Source: an uncultured bacterium
GTDB lineage: Bacteria > Patescibacteriota > Minisyncoccia > UBA6257 > 2-01-FULL-56-20
Direction of reading: 5' to 3'
NCBI GenBank assembly: GCA_963707865.1
Contig: OY970175.1
Span: forward strand, 758,028-822,027
DNA: 64,000 nt
Both the position numbers and the translations under genes were made by a program. Below the pieces are notes generated by a model. The model was not told the origin of the DNA and made no database searches. It saw only the letters and a program-made list of their open reading frames with translations. This document shows, piece by piece, positions 1 to 9,251 of the stretch. Within the stretch, counting starts at the first letter, position 1, and every line of letters begins with the position of its first letter.

Positions 1-1250
1 ATTCCATTCAAAATTATTGACCAACGTCCAAAGGAGCATCCCTTGTACGGGAATTTCATGCTCAAGCGCTTCGATTACGTGACGCACTGTTTCCAAAATC
101 CAATATGGCCGCCGCTTCCCTCCCCGGTCAGAAAAGCCGAATTCGCTGATAAAAATATTTTTACGGGGGTACTCCGCATGCATTTCTTTGAGAACCTTCG
201 CTATGCCTGGCGGATGGATATCGCCGAAGTAAGGATTATCGCTGTAGAAGCGGCCACCTTTTCCGAACAAAGCCAGCTTCATCCGGAAATAATAATGGAG
301 GCCTACAAAATCGGTTTCCCGTGCTTCTCGCTCAAATTTTCTTGCGAGCCTTGCGTTTACAATCGCGTGCGCGACTTTCCCAAAGAGACCATCAAAAAAA
401 GTCCAATTGTGGGCGGCGCCCACCTGAATCCTGCCCCGCCCGCTCGTGAGCTTGCTTTCTTTAATCTCGTTTACTGTGGCGTCATGCGCCTCAATCAACT
501 TTGAAAGCACGCCTCGCACGAGATCGATCCTCCCTTTTTTAAACGGCGGGAAAATTCCGAGGAGGTAGGTCGGTAACAGAAGGTTGATGGGCTCATTGAT
601 GGAAATGAAATATCTCACAAGTCCATCGCCGAGAATTTTTTCTCGCTTCGCTTTACTGAAGCCAGCCGATGTAAGCGCGGCATTCACTTTGCCACTATTG
701 GAAAGGAACCCAACAACGTTTTTGATATAAAAGCGGAAGTGATGAAGGACATCGCGGTGCTCCCATGCTCCCGCGAGGATGCGGTCTTCCTTGTCGGTCA
801 CGAGCAAATGAGTCGGCGTGGGCCAGTGATAAAGCGTAACCATCGGCTCCGCGCCGCGATCGCGAATAAGCGCGAGTATGTGCACGTATTCTTCCATCAG
901 CCGCTCGTTGAAAACGCCCGGCGCGGGGCACAGTTTGCCAAAATCAAAAGAGAGCCGGAACATGTTTTCGCCGAGCTCTGCCGAACGCCGAATGTACAAT
1001 TCCTTTTTGTCAAAAAATCTCGGGAATTCGTCCGGCGATTGCGGACCAAGTATCTTTGAGGCTTTGCCTCCGACCGCCCTCGCCACCTCGCGTTCCCAAT
1101 CGGATGCGGCGCGCATTTCTTTACGATCGCGATGAAGGCGCGGATGGGATTGGAAGTCCGATGTCGCGCTTCCCATAAACTCGGTGCCTCGGCGGCGCGC
1201 AGCAAGAAGGGTCTCAAGAACTTTTGGATCGGTGAAGGAAAATTCCGCCA
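1..1250 (-). CDS. Glycoside hydrolase family 1 (beta-glucosidase-like), 3'-partial at window edge. Missed by the ORF track because the ORF runs off position 1.
   Basis: Manual minus-strand translation from ATG at 1250..1248 gives MAEFSFTDPKVLETLLAARRRGTEFMGSATSDFQSHP, FRLSFDFGKLCPAPGVFNE, VTLYHWPTPTHLL, YFISINEPINLL, ISEFGFSD and LVNNFEWN. These resemble GH1 hallmark blocks (RFSISWSRI, LYHWDLP, NEP, ITENG, DNFEW). The plus-strand ORFs 43..504 and 739..1059 are antisense to it. Confidence 0.6.
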
Positions 1251-1260
1251 TTGCAGTGCG

Positions 1261-2262
1261 CTACAAGAGTTCCTCTTTCCCACGAATCTTTAGGTGTTTG
1301 TAGGCCGCGGGAAGCACGATGCGGCCTGCGGAAGAGCGCTGGAGAAAGCCAAGCGTCATTAAAAACGGTTCATAAATATCTTCAATCACGCCCTTTTCCT
1401 CCGAAATCGCAGCAGAGAGCGTGTTAATCCCCACCGGACCGCCGTTGAATTTTTGAATAATAGTAAGAAGGAGCTTCCGATCCTGCGGTTCAAGTCCTAC
1501 CTCGTCAATGTCAAGCATCTCAAGCGTCTTCCCTGCTGCTGCGCCGTCAATCGTTTTCTCCTCGTGCACTTCGGCGAGGTCGCGGGCACGCCGGAGAAGC
1601 CGATTCGCCACCCGCGGCGTACCACGGGAGGCGTTCGCAAGAATCTCAATCGCTTCCGGCGTCGCAGCGATGTTCAAAATTTTCGCCGAGCGGTTCAGTA
1701 TCTTTTTAATGTCGTCTACATTGTAATACCCAAGGCGCAGGGTTGCGCCGAACCGCGACCGGAGCGGTTGGGAAAGAAGATTTTCGCGCGTCGTTGCGGC
1801 AATCAGCGTGAACGGAGGCAAGTCAAGCGAAAGCGTCCGCGCAGAGGGGCCCTTCCCTACCACGAGGTGTAATTTCCGCGACTCCATCGCCGGATACAAT
1901 ACCTCTTCTATCATTGGGTTCACCCGATGCGCTTCATCAATGAAAAGCACTTCGCCGGGATTGAGGTTGGTGAGAATCGCCGCAAGATCGCCCGTCTTCT
2001 CAAGCGCCGGCCCGGAAGTCGTTTTAACCGTGCCGCCGAGTTCGCTTGCGACGAGATACGCGAGCGTGGTCTTCCCGAGTCCCGCGGGACCAGAGAACAA
2101 AAGATGATCGGCGGCCTCGTTGCGCTTCTTCGCGGCCGTGAGGATCACGCGCAGGTTCCTTTTTATCTTTTCCTGCCCGACATACTCATCCCAGCTCTTG
2201 GGGCGGAGCGTGAGGTCAATCGTAAGGTCATCCTTGCCGAAATTACCGTTTGTTTTCTTCAT
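1261..2262 (-). CDS. ruvB: Holliday junction DNA helicase RuvB
   Basis: Walker A LFSGPAGLGKTTLAYLVASELG, 333 aa, RuvB-like overall architecture. Confidence 0.9.
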   Translation of the reverse strand: MKKTNGNFGKDDLTIDLTLRPKSWDEYVGQEKIKRNLRVILTAAKKRNEAADHLLFSGPAGLGKTTLAYLVASELGGTVKTTSGPALEKTGDLAAILTNLNPGEVLFIDEAHRVNPMIEEVLYPAMESRKLHLVVGKGPSARTLSLDLPPFTLIAATTRENLLSQPLRSRFGATLRLGYYNVDDIKKILNRSAKILNIAATPEAIEILANASRGTPRVANRLLRRARDLAEVHEEKTIDGAAAGKTLEMLDIDEVGLEPQDRKLLLTIIQKFNGGPVGINTLSAAISEEKGVIEDIYEPFLMTLGFLQRSSAGRIVLPAAYKHLKIRGKEELL

Positions 2263-2285
2263 AAAAGTTCACAATGTATGGGTAC

Positions 2286-2314
2286 TTGACAAAGAAATAG
2301 TTATATGCTAACAT
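2286..2314 (+). promoter_or_regulatory. Sigma70-like promoter candidate: TTGACA, 17-nt spacer, TAACAT. No plus-strand CDS lies downstream.
   Basis: TTGACA at 2286-2291, 17-nt spacer, TAACAT at 2309-2314. It sits between divergent ruvB and the 3' end of convergent pilB. Confidence 0.3.
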
Positions 2315-2321
2315 ATCACCC

Positions 2322-2482
2322 AGTGACCCGTAACTGGTTCAAATCTGGGGGCAGGAATTATTTCTAAAATTCAGGATGAACCGGTTCCGGCTGGTTCTCT
2401 CCTTTGAATAATTCTAGTCCCTTTTATCTCCAGATAGAAGGGTTTCAAGTCCTTTCACGAGGAATTTGCCCCCAGGTTTGAG
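2322..2482 (+). ncRNA. Candidate structured small RNA of unknown class (about 160 nt, multi-hairpin with a long-range closing stem)
   Basis: CUGGGGGCA (2345-2353) pairs with UGCCCCCAG (2468-2476). Internal hairpins: GAAUU..AAUUC, AACCGG..CUGGUU and CCCUUUU..AGAAGGG. A GUUUG follows the closing stem. No rfam-class motif was recognised. Confidence 0.2.
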
Positions 2483-2486
2483 TCAG

Positions 2487-4187
2487 CTACCCCGCCCATT
2501 CTATTTGGCCGGTCACGCTTTCCACCTCGCTCAACGTCGTTTTTCCTTCAAGCACTTTCAGGACGCCGTCCTCCTGCATTGTGACCATTTCTTGGCGATC
2601 GGCCACCGCACGAAGCGCGACCTCTGACGCTTCCTTAAGAATCGTCGTCTCAAGGTCCGGCCCGCCTTGCAAAAACTCAAATATCCCTACCCGACCTTTA
2701 TACCCGATGCCGTTACACTTTGTACAACCCGCGGTCTCATACACGGAATAATTTTGATATTTTGACTTGTCCACCTTGGCCGGCAGCCGCTCAAGGAATT
2801 TTTTAATCCTCGTTTTGAGGGTGTTGTCCGGCTCCACGCGCTTTTTACAGTCGGGACAGAGCACGCGCACAAGGCGCTGTGCAATCGCGAGCGTAAGCGC
2901 AGGTCCGATGCTCACCGCCTTTACGCCGAGGTTGATGAGGCGTGGCACGGCGCCCACTGCATCGTTCGTGTGGAGCGTCGAAAGTACGAGGTGTCCCGTG
3001 AGTGCCGCCTGCATCGCAATATCGGCCGTCTCAAGGTCGCGCACCTCGCCCACAAGGATCACGTCGGGATCCTGCCGGACGATGGCACGGAGGCCACTCG
3101 CAAACGTATACCCCGCCTCATCATTCACCTGCGTCTGTTCAATCCCTTCAATGCGGTATTCAATAGGGTCTTCCAGTGTGATGATTTTGATATCGGGGCT
3201 GTTCAGTGTGCGGAGGAATGCATAGAGTGTCGTCGTTTTCCCGGAACCCGTGGGGCCGGTGTTCAGAATAAGCCCGTTCGGACGGGCGAGTTCGCGTGTG
3301 ACAAGTGTCAGGTTGTCTTCGCGAAGCCCGAGGTCTGGAAGTCCGACTTTCGTCGCGGAGGGGTCGAGGATTCTCATCACGATGGCCTCGCCAAATTCGG
3401 CGGGCATCACCGCCACGCGCATCTCCACCTCTTTCCCCGCGATGACAATCGTAAACCTTCCATCCTGCGCTTCGTCGTGGATATTAAGCTTCATTTCCGA
3501 AAGAAGTTTAATGCGCGATACAAGCGCGTGGTAGGCGTGGAACGGCATATCGTCAAAGACATCATGGAGGATACCGTCTATCCGGAAGCGGACCTTCGTC
3601 GCCTTTTCCCCCGCCTCCGTGTGAATGTCCGACGTACGCATCGCAAGTGCCCCGCCGAGCATAATCTCAATCAGCACGACCGGCGATACGTTTTCAAAAT
3701 CCAGCCCAGCAAATTCTTTGTGAATGGCATCCAGGTTCGCAAGGCGCTCCTTAAGTTCGTTGATCCTCTTTTCGGTAATGACCACTTTGCCCACGATCCC
3801 CGCAGACACCGGCTTTACGAATCTATACAACTGCCATGCCACTTCCAAGCCGGAAAGGGACGCTACGAACGTTTTCACATCGTATTGCTCCGCCCTCAAT
3901 TCCGCGATGAGCACCTTCGCTGCGGAAAACTCGGGGTCCATTACCGCCACGGCCAGCTTTCTTGACTTCAACTCAATGCTTGCCACCCGGGCTTTCCGCG
4001 CCTTGTCTTCCGGAATAATCTTCACCGCGTCAAGCGAAACCGGCATCTTAGCAACGTCCACGTAGGGGAGATCGAGCTTCTTCGCGAGCCGTTCCGCGGC
4101 GCGTTCTTCACCCTCGCGCCGGAGTTTCGTCAATCTCGTTTGAAGGTTATCCTGCGTGAGGTCAGCCATTTCCATTGATTTTAACAA
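2487..4187 (-). CDS. pilB: GspE/PilB-family type II/IV secretion or type IV pilus assembly ATPase. The true start is probably the ATG at 4175 or 4169 rather than the TTG at 4187.
   Basis: Walker A GPTGSGKTTTLYA, C-terminal CxxC..CxxC tetracysteine, N-terminal PilB-like domain. Confidence 0.85.
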   Translation of the reverse strand: MLKSMEMADLTQDNLQTRLTKLRREGEERAAERLAKKLDLPYVDVAKMPVSLDAVKIIPEDKARKARVASIELKSRKLAVAVMDPEFSAAKVLIAELRAEQYDVKTFVASLSGLEVAWQLYRFVKPVSAGIVGKVVITEKRINELKERLANLDAIHKEFAGLDFENVSPVVLIEIMLGGALAMRTSDIHTEAGEKATKVRFRIDGILHDVFDDMPFHAYHALVSRIKLLSEMKLNIHDEAQDGRFTIVIAGKEVEMRVAVMPAEFGEAIVMRILDPSATKVGLPDLGLREDNLTLVTRELARPNGLILNTGPTGSGKTTTLYAFLRTLNSPDIKIITLEDPIEYRIEGIEQTQVNDEAGYTFASGLRAIVRQDPDVILVGEVRDLETADIAMQAALTGHLVLSTLHTNDAVGAVPRLINLGVKAVSIGPALTLAIAQRLVRVLCPDCKKRVEPDNTLKTRIKKFLERLPAKVDKSKYQNYSVYETAGCTKCNGIGYKGRVGIFEFLQGGPDLETTILKEASEVALRAVADRQEMVTMQEDGVLKVLEGKTTLSEVESVTGQIEWAG

Positions 4188-4206
4188 GCGTTATGATGAT
4201 AATGCA

Positions 4207-4743
4207 ATGTCGGGACATTCCCATTGGGCGGGCATAAAACATAAAAAAGGGATCACCGATGAGAAACGGGGAAGGGTCTTTGGGAAACTCCTTGTGGCGA
4301 TCTCGGCAGCGGCTAAATCGGAGCAGAACCCGGATTTTAACCCGCGGCTCCGAAACGCGATTACAAAAGCGAAGGAGGCGAGCGTTCCACAGGAAAACAT
4401 TGAACGGGCGGTGAAACGCGCCTCCGAAACGGGCGGCAACCTCGAAAAGCTTGCGTTTGAGGCGTATGGGCCCGGGGGCATCGCAATCATGATTGAAGCA
4501 ATCAGTGATAATAAGAACCGGACCGTGCAAGAGATCAAAACAATATTAAAAGAACATGGCGGGAAGTGGGCGGAGGCGGGAAGCGTCCGTTGGGCATTTG
4601 GGCCGCCGGCAGGTGGCGAACGTGAATGGAAAGCAAAATTCCCGCAAGAACTCTCTAAGGAGGACATGAAAAAACTTTTGGCGCTCGTGGAGACCCTAGA
4701 AGAAAATGACGACGTGCAACGCGTCTTCACAAACGCACAGTAA
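4207..4743 (+). CDS. yebC: YebC/PmpR-family transcriptional regulator. The ORF track starts at GTG 4156; ATG 4207 (MSGHSHWAGIKHKKG) is the more likely start.
   Basis: MSGHSHWAGIKHKKG matches the YebC N-terminus MAGHSKWANIKHRK. YEAYGPGGIAIMIEAISDNKNRT is also YebC-like. Confidence 0.85.
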   Translation: MSGHSHWAGIKHKKGITDEKRGRVFGKLLVAISAAAKSEQNPDFNPRLRNAITKAKEASVPQENIERAVKRASETGGNLEKLAFEAYGPGGIAIMIEAISDNKNRTVQEIKTILKEHGGKWAEAGSVRWAFGPPAGGEREWKAKFPQELSKEDMKKLLALVETLEENDDVQRVFTNAQ

Positions 4744-4748
4744 CTAAC

Positions 4749-5210
4749 ATGATCGCGCTTGGCATCGACCCGGGAACACGGAGAGTCGGCTACGGTGTCG
4801 TACGCGGCGAAGGGAGCGCAGTGTCATTCGTCGCGGCCGGTATCCTCAAAATCAGCGGTGTGGACGACGCCTCCGCGCTCGTAGAAACAAAAAGGGGAAC
4901 CGACGCACTTATAGAGAAGTATCGGCCGCGCGTCCTCGGCATCGAAAAACTATATTTTGCGAAGAATGAGAAAACGGCGATCGCGGTGGCGCAAGCGCGC
5001 GGCGTCATCCTCCTCGCGGCGCGCGAAAAAAAGATTCCCATAAAAGAGTACGCGCCTAACGAAGTGAAGCTGGGGATCGCTGGCTACGGATTTGCCGACA
5101 AAAAAGCGGTCTTGAAGATGGTGCGCCTTATCCTCGGCAAACACGATCTCGCCATTATTGACGACGCGAGCGACGCCTTGGCGCTGGCGATCATGACAGC
5201 GGGCCGTTAA
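4749..5210 (+). CDS. ruvC: Crossover junction endodeoxyribonuclease RuvC
   Basis: MIALGIDPGTRRVGYGVV RuvC N-terminal catalytic motif. It sits immediately after yebC, the classic yebC-ruvC order. Confidence 0.9.
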   Translation: MIALGIDPGTRRVGYGVVRGEGSAVSFVAAGILKISGVDDASALVETKRGTDALIEKYRPRVLGIEKLYFAKNEKTAIAVAQARGVILLAAREKKIPIKEYAPNEVKLGIAGYGFADKKAVLKMVRLILGKHDLAIIDDASDALALAIMTAGR

Positions 5211-5247
5211 CAGCTTTTCGTTATAACGCCTGGGGATTACTACGGGA

Positions 5248-5275
5248 TTGACACGCGAACGAGCTCCCCTATACT
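5248..5275 (+). promoter_or_regulatory. Sigma70-like promoter: TTGACA, 16-nt spacer, TATACT
   Basis: TTGACA at 5248-5253 and TATACT at 5270-5275, upstream of the small ORF at 5309. Confidence 0.5.
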
Positions 5276-5308
5276 GATGGGAAGTAAAAAAAGAAAGGTC
5301 GTTGAATT

Positions 5309-5500
5309 ATGGCCGCGATGGCAACTGAACTAAAATTTGCGAGCTGTGCGTTCCGCCCGCTGAGCGACGAAGACGACGGCGAATCAGACACGGACAAAAA
5401 CGGCGGCGGCGAGCTGGAAGAAGGTAACGAGGAAGCGCCAGAGGAAGAAACGGAAGACGCCAGCAAAGAAGAAAGCTACAAGGGCGGGCTTGACGGGTGA
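5309..5500 (+). CDS. Small acidic protein (63 aa, Asp/Glu-rich), hypothetical
   Basis: Flanked by its own promoter and an intrinsic terminator. A GAAAGG Shine-Dalgarno-like sequence lies about 11 nt upstream of the ATG. Composition is low-complexity and acidic. Confidence 0.35.
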   Translation: MAAMATELKFASCAFRPLSDEDDGESDTDKNGGGELEEGNEEAPEEETEDASKEESYKGGLDG

Positions 5501-5549
5501 GAAAACGGCCTTCTCCGCGAAAACATTGCGGAGAAGGCCGTTTTCGTTT
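5501..5549 (+). terminator. Rho-independent terminator (18-bp perfect stem plus U-tract)
   Basis: GAAAACGGCCTTCTCCGC (5501-5518), 9-nt loop, GCGGAGAAGGCCGTTTTC (5528-5545), then GTTTG. Confidence 0.65.
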
Positions 5550-5562
5550 GATAATAGAGGGC

Positions 5563-8052
5563 ATGCACCGACGAAGCGGGACAACGAGGCTGCGGCGCTC
5601 ACTTGTGATCGTGGGCATCGTGGTATCTGCGGGGGTCATTATTCTTTCCCTTGTGGTCATCTATTTCGCGAAAACGCTCCCCTCCATAGAAGAGATTTCA
5701 AGCCGGCAAATCAGCCAGTCCACGAAAATCTACGACCGAACCGACACGGTACTGCTCTATGAAATCACCTCCGGCGAACGGAGGACAGTGGTGCCCTTTG
5801 ACCAAGTCCCGCAAACCCTTAAAGACGCGACGATTGCGATAGAGGATGAGAATTTCTACAACGAACCCGCGTTTGATTGGAAAGGCATCGCGCGCGCGTT
5901 CCTTGTAGATATCACTTCGGGCTCCTTCGCGCAGGGCGGTTCTACCATCACCCAACAGCTCGCGCGGACCGCGTTCCTCACCCTAGACCAAACCATCACG
6001 CGAAAAATAAAGGAGCTTATCCTCGCGATAAAACTCAATGAATATTACTCAAAGGACGAAATCCTCGGTCTTTACCTGAACGAAGTTCCGTACGGTGCCA
6101 CAATTTCCGGCGTGGAGGAGGCGAGCGAGGCGTATTTCGGCGAACCAGTACAAAACATCAACCTTGCGCAGAGCGCCCTCCTCGCCGCAATCCCCCAGGC
6201 GCCGACGTACTACTCGCCCTGGGGAAGCCACGCAAGCGATCTTATAAAACGTGAGCGGCTCGTGCTCCAGAAAATGTACGAACTGGGGAAAATCACAAAA
6301 CCAGAGCTCACCGCGGCGCTCGCATACAAAATAACCTTTGAACCGCAATCCACGGGCACCATCAAGGCGCCCCACTTCGTAATGGCGGTGGAGGACTATC
6401 TCGCCCAAAAATACGGGGAGAATCTTGTAAACCAAGGCGGGCTTAGGGTAATAACCACGCTTGACTGGAATCTTCAACAAGAGGCGGAGACGGCCGTAGA
6501 GCAGGGCGCAGCACAAAATCAGGCGCTGTACCATGGCTACAACGCCGCGCTCGTCGCACAGGATCCGAAAACGGGGCAGGTACTTGCAATGGTAGGGTCG
6601 CGCGATTACTTTGCAACCTCATCGCTCCCCTTGGGCTGCACGCCAGGAACAAGCTGTAAGTTTGAGCCGAACTTCAACGTCGCCACCCAGGGGCTCCGCC
6701 AGCCCGGCTCGTCGCTCAAACCATTTGTGTATCTCACGGCGTTCCAAAAAGGATACACACCGTCAACGACGCTTTTCGACGTTCCTACAGAATTCAGCAC
6801 CGACCCCGCGTGCCCTGCGATTCCCAACTTCGCGGATAATGACCCGCACTGCTTCCACCCGCAGGACTTTGAGGGAACATTCCAGGGCCCAATTTCCATG
6901 CGCGACGCACTCGCGCAATCCGTAAATGTACCTGCAGTGGAAGCGCTCTACCTTGTTGGTATAAAAAATGCGGTCCAAGCCGCAAACAGTTTCGGGCTTA
7001 CCACACTCACAAGCCCCGACGCCTATGGGCTCTCTCTCGTCCTGGGGGGGGGCGCAGTGCGCCTCGCCGATCTCACGGAAGCGTACTCTGCGCTCGCAGA
7101 GGACGGGGTCAAACACAACCAAACCATGATCCGTGAGGTGCAAGATCCTAATGGAAACGTACTTGAATCATACGCTGATCAGTCTACGCAAGTCGCCGAC
7201 CCGCAGTCCGTCCGCCTTGTAAACGACATTCTTTCGGATGCCGCGGCGCGGAGCGGCCTTTTCCAAAACAGTTTGAATCTCACGGTGTTCCCGGGGCACG
7301 ATGTGGCGCTCAAGACCGGCACTTCCAACGACTACCGCGACGCATGGGCGATGGGGTACACGCCGTCCCTCGTCGTCGGCGTCTGGGCAGGAAACAACGA
7401 CAACACTCCTATGCAACGGAGTGGGTCAAGTATCCTCGCTGCGGTCCCTATGTGGCATGCGTTCATGGCGCAGGCGCTTCAAAACCAACCGCTTGAAACT
7501 TTCACGAAACCCGATCCTGCAAACGCGGCGAAGCCGATCCTTGCAGGAAACTATCTCTACAACGACCAACTTCACACTATTCTGTATTACGTTGACAAGG
7601 ACGACCCGCCGGGGCCGCCCCCCGCGAACCCCGCCACGGATCCCCAATTCCACAACTGGGAAACCGCCCTGCTCACATGGGCCGCGAAAAACCTTCCCAA
7701 CTTCGGGAGTTACAACCATCCGGTTTCAACCGCGCCGTCTGGCGCAGCACCCGGAACCCCCTCGCCCGCGAGCGACCCTCCCCGCATTTCCATTCTCACA
7801 CCGTCGGCGGGCAGTTTCGTGGCGAACGAAGTCACAGTTTCCGCGAAAATAACGGCCGACGAGGCGATCACAAAAATCTCCGTACTCTGGAACGGGTTTC
7901 TGGTCCATGATTTCTCTGGCTCTTTTGGGACCAACTACGCGCTCAACTGGGCATTTACCCCGCAAGTCATCGGCGGGCAAAATCTATTTGAAGTGCAAGC
8001 CGCGGATTCTTCGGGTGGTTTGGGGAAGACCGACGTAATTATTTACCACTAA
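5563..8052 (+). CDS. mrcA: Class A penicillin-binding protein (PBP1A; transglycosylase plus transpeptidase). The start is moved to ATG 5563 (MHRRSG), which lies after the terminator.
   Basis: Transglycosylase motif TITQQLARTAFL; transpeptidase motifs SSLKPF (SxxK) and KTGTSND (KTG); N-terminal transmembrane helix; Pro-rich C-terminal extension. Confidence 0.85.
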   Translation: MHRRSGTTRLRRSLVIVGIVVSAGVIILSLVVIYFAKTLPSIEEISSRQISQSTKIYDRTDTVLLYEITSGERRTVVPFDQVPQTLKDATIAIEDENFYNEPAFDWKGIARAFLVDITSGSFAQGGSTITQQLARTAFLTLDQTITRKIKELILAIKLNEYYSKDEILGLYLNEVPYGATISGVEEASEAYFGEPVQNINLAQSALLAAIPQAPTYYSPWGSHASDLIKRERLVLQKMYELGKITKPELTAALAYKITFEPQSTGTIKAPHFVMAVEDYLAQKYGENLVNQGGLRVITTLDWNLQQEAETAVEQGAAQNQALYHGYNAALVAQDPKTGQVLAMVGSRDYFATSSLPLGCTPGTSCKFEPNFNVATQGLRQPGSSLKPFVYLTAFQKGYTPSTTLFDVPTEFSTDPACPAIPNFADNDPHCFHPQDFEGTFQGPISMRDALAQSVNVPAVEALYLVGIKNAVQAANSFGLTTLTSPDAYGLSLVLGGGAVRLADLTEAYSALAEDGVKHNQTMIREVQDPNGNVLESYADQSTQVADPQSVRLVNDILSDAAARSGLFQNSLNLTVFPGHDVALKTGTSNDYRDAWAMGYTPSLVVGVWAGNNDNTPMQRSGSSILAAVPMWHAFMAQALQNQPLETFTKPDPANAAKPILAGNYLYNDQLHTILYYVDKDDPPGPPPANPATDPQFHNWETALLTWAAKNLPNFGSYNHPVSTAPSGAAPGTPSPASDPPRISILTPSAGSFVANEVTVSAKITADEAITKISVLWNGFLVHDFSGSFGTNYALNWAFTPQVIGGQNLFEVQAADSSGGLGKTDVIIYH

Positions 8053-9161
8053 GACTTCAGGATCGGCTTCAAAATATAGAAATAAGAACTGTCGCCCACT
8101 GGGCGAAGAAGGGCTGGGTTAGTTTCTTCTTGGAGCCCAATAAAAACTTCTCCTGTTTTCATCACTTTGACGGGGTCCATGAGGTAGCGCCAGTTGAAGC
8201 ACGCCTCGGCCAGTTCCCCTTTTATTTTCGCCGGAAGAAGATAGGCGTTTTCGCCGAGCGATTGATCCGCCGAACTTATCTCTACTGCTTTCTTCCCCGG
8301 GTGCACCGACAGTTTCACTTCGCTGTTTTTTTGCCCAAATATCGCGGCGAGCTTCACCGCATTCGCAAATTCCTCACGCGATACAACCGCTTCGGTAGCG
8401 AATTTTTGGGGCACGAGCTGCGAATAATCCGGGAAGTTCCCTTCGCCGAGCCGCGAGATAAGTTCAGCGCGCTCGGTCTTCACAAGAATCTGGTTCTCAT
8501 CGCGAAACACCCGCACGGTCTCACTATCGCTCACCATTCGGAGCGCCTCTTGGCTCGTTTTAAGAGGAACGAGCATTCTAAACGCTTCCTTAAATTTGGC
8601 GGTAAAAAGGTTTTGTGGAATTGTTTTTTCGGCAAGCCGGAAACCGTCGGTCGCAGTAAGCTTGAGGCTGTCCAAGGAAAAGTCAAAAAGGGCGGCGTTA
8701 AGCTCTGGCCGGAAATCGGACGGTTGCGCGGCTACCGCGACTAACTGGATCGCTTCCTTAAAAAGCGCTCCCCCTATCTCAAGGTACTCGTTGGATGTTT
8801 TTATTTTAGGGGTTATGGGGAAATCTTCACTGGGCAATCCCTGCAGTACGGCGCTGTAGTTGTCGGTTTTTACCTCAAGCGCGTTACCCTTCTTGCTAAA
8901 ATTCAAACGGTCGCTTTGGATGTTGGTGATAAGACTGGAGAAGGGCGCAAGCGGTACAGAAACACTTCCGCCCTCAATCACCTTTCCGGATACACGACAA
9001 GTAATCGCAATCTCAAGGTTTGTCGCGATAAAAACAATTCCGTTGTCCCCGGCTGTGATAAGGACGTTTTTTAAAATAGGAAGGTTTGCGTTCTCGCCGG
9101 CGGCGCGCTCGATTGTGGACATAGCCTCTTTAATATTTGATCGTATCGCAACAAATTTCAT
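8049..9161 (-). CDS. dnaN: DNA polymerase III beta sliding clamp
   Basis: 370 aa directly downstream of dnaA; the N-terminus MKFVAIRSNIKEAMSTIERAAGENANLPILKNVLI is typical of DnaN. Confidence 0.9.
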   Translation of the reverse strand: MKFVAIRSNIKEAMSTIERAAGENANLPILKNVLITAGDNGIVFIATNLEIAITCRVSGKVIEGGSVSVPLAPFSSLITNIQSDRLNFSKKGNALEVKTDNYSAVLQGLPSEDFPITPKIKTSNEYLEIGGALFKEAIQLVAVAAQPSDFRPELNAALFDFSLDSLKLTATDGFRLAEKTIPQNLFTAKFKEAFRMLVPLKTSQEALRMVSDSETVRVFRDENQILVKTERAELISRLGEGNFPDYSQLVPQKFATEAVVSREEFANAVKLAAIFGQKNSEVKLSVHPGKKAVEISSADQSLGENAYLLPAKIKGELAEACFNWRYLMDPVKVMKTGEVFIGLQEETNPALLRPVGDSSYFYILKPILKS

Positions 9162-9251
9162 GGATTAATTATATTAAGATTTTATTAAGATATTAAGACC
9201 TTATTATTAATGTGTTTTTAATTTTTGTGGATAGCGGGGTTTTACCTAGGC
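9162..9251. promoter_or_regulatory. Candidate oriC segment in the dnaA-dnaN spacer: AT-rich DNA-unwinding-element-like region plus a DnaA box
   Basis: Near-consensus DnaA box TGTGGATAG at 9226-9234 (8/9 match to TGTGGATAA). Upstream is strongly AT-rich with repeated ATTAAGAT motifs. Confidence 0.5.

Noticed and set aside
2970-3965. 331-aa plus-strand ORF
   Set aside because: Antisense to pilB.
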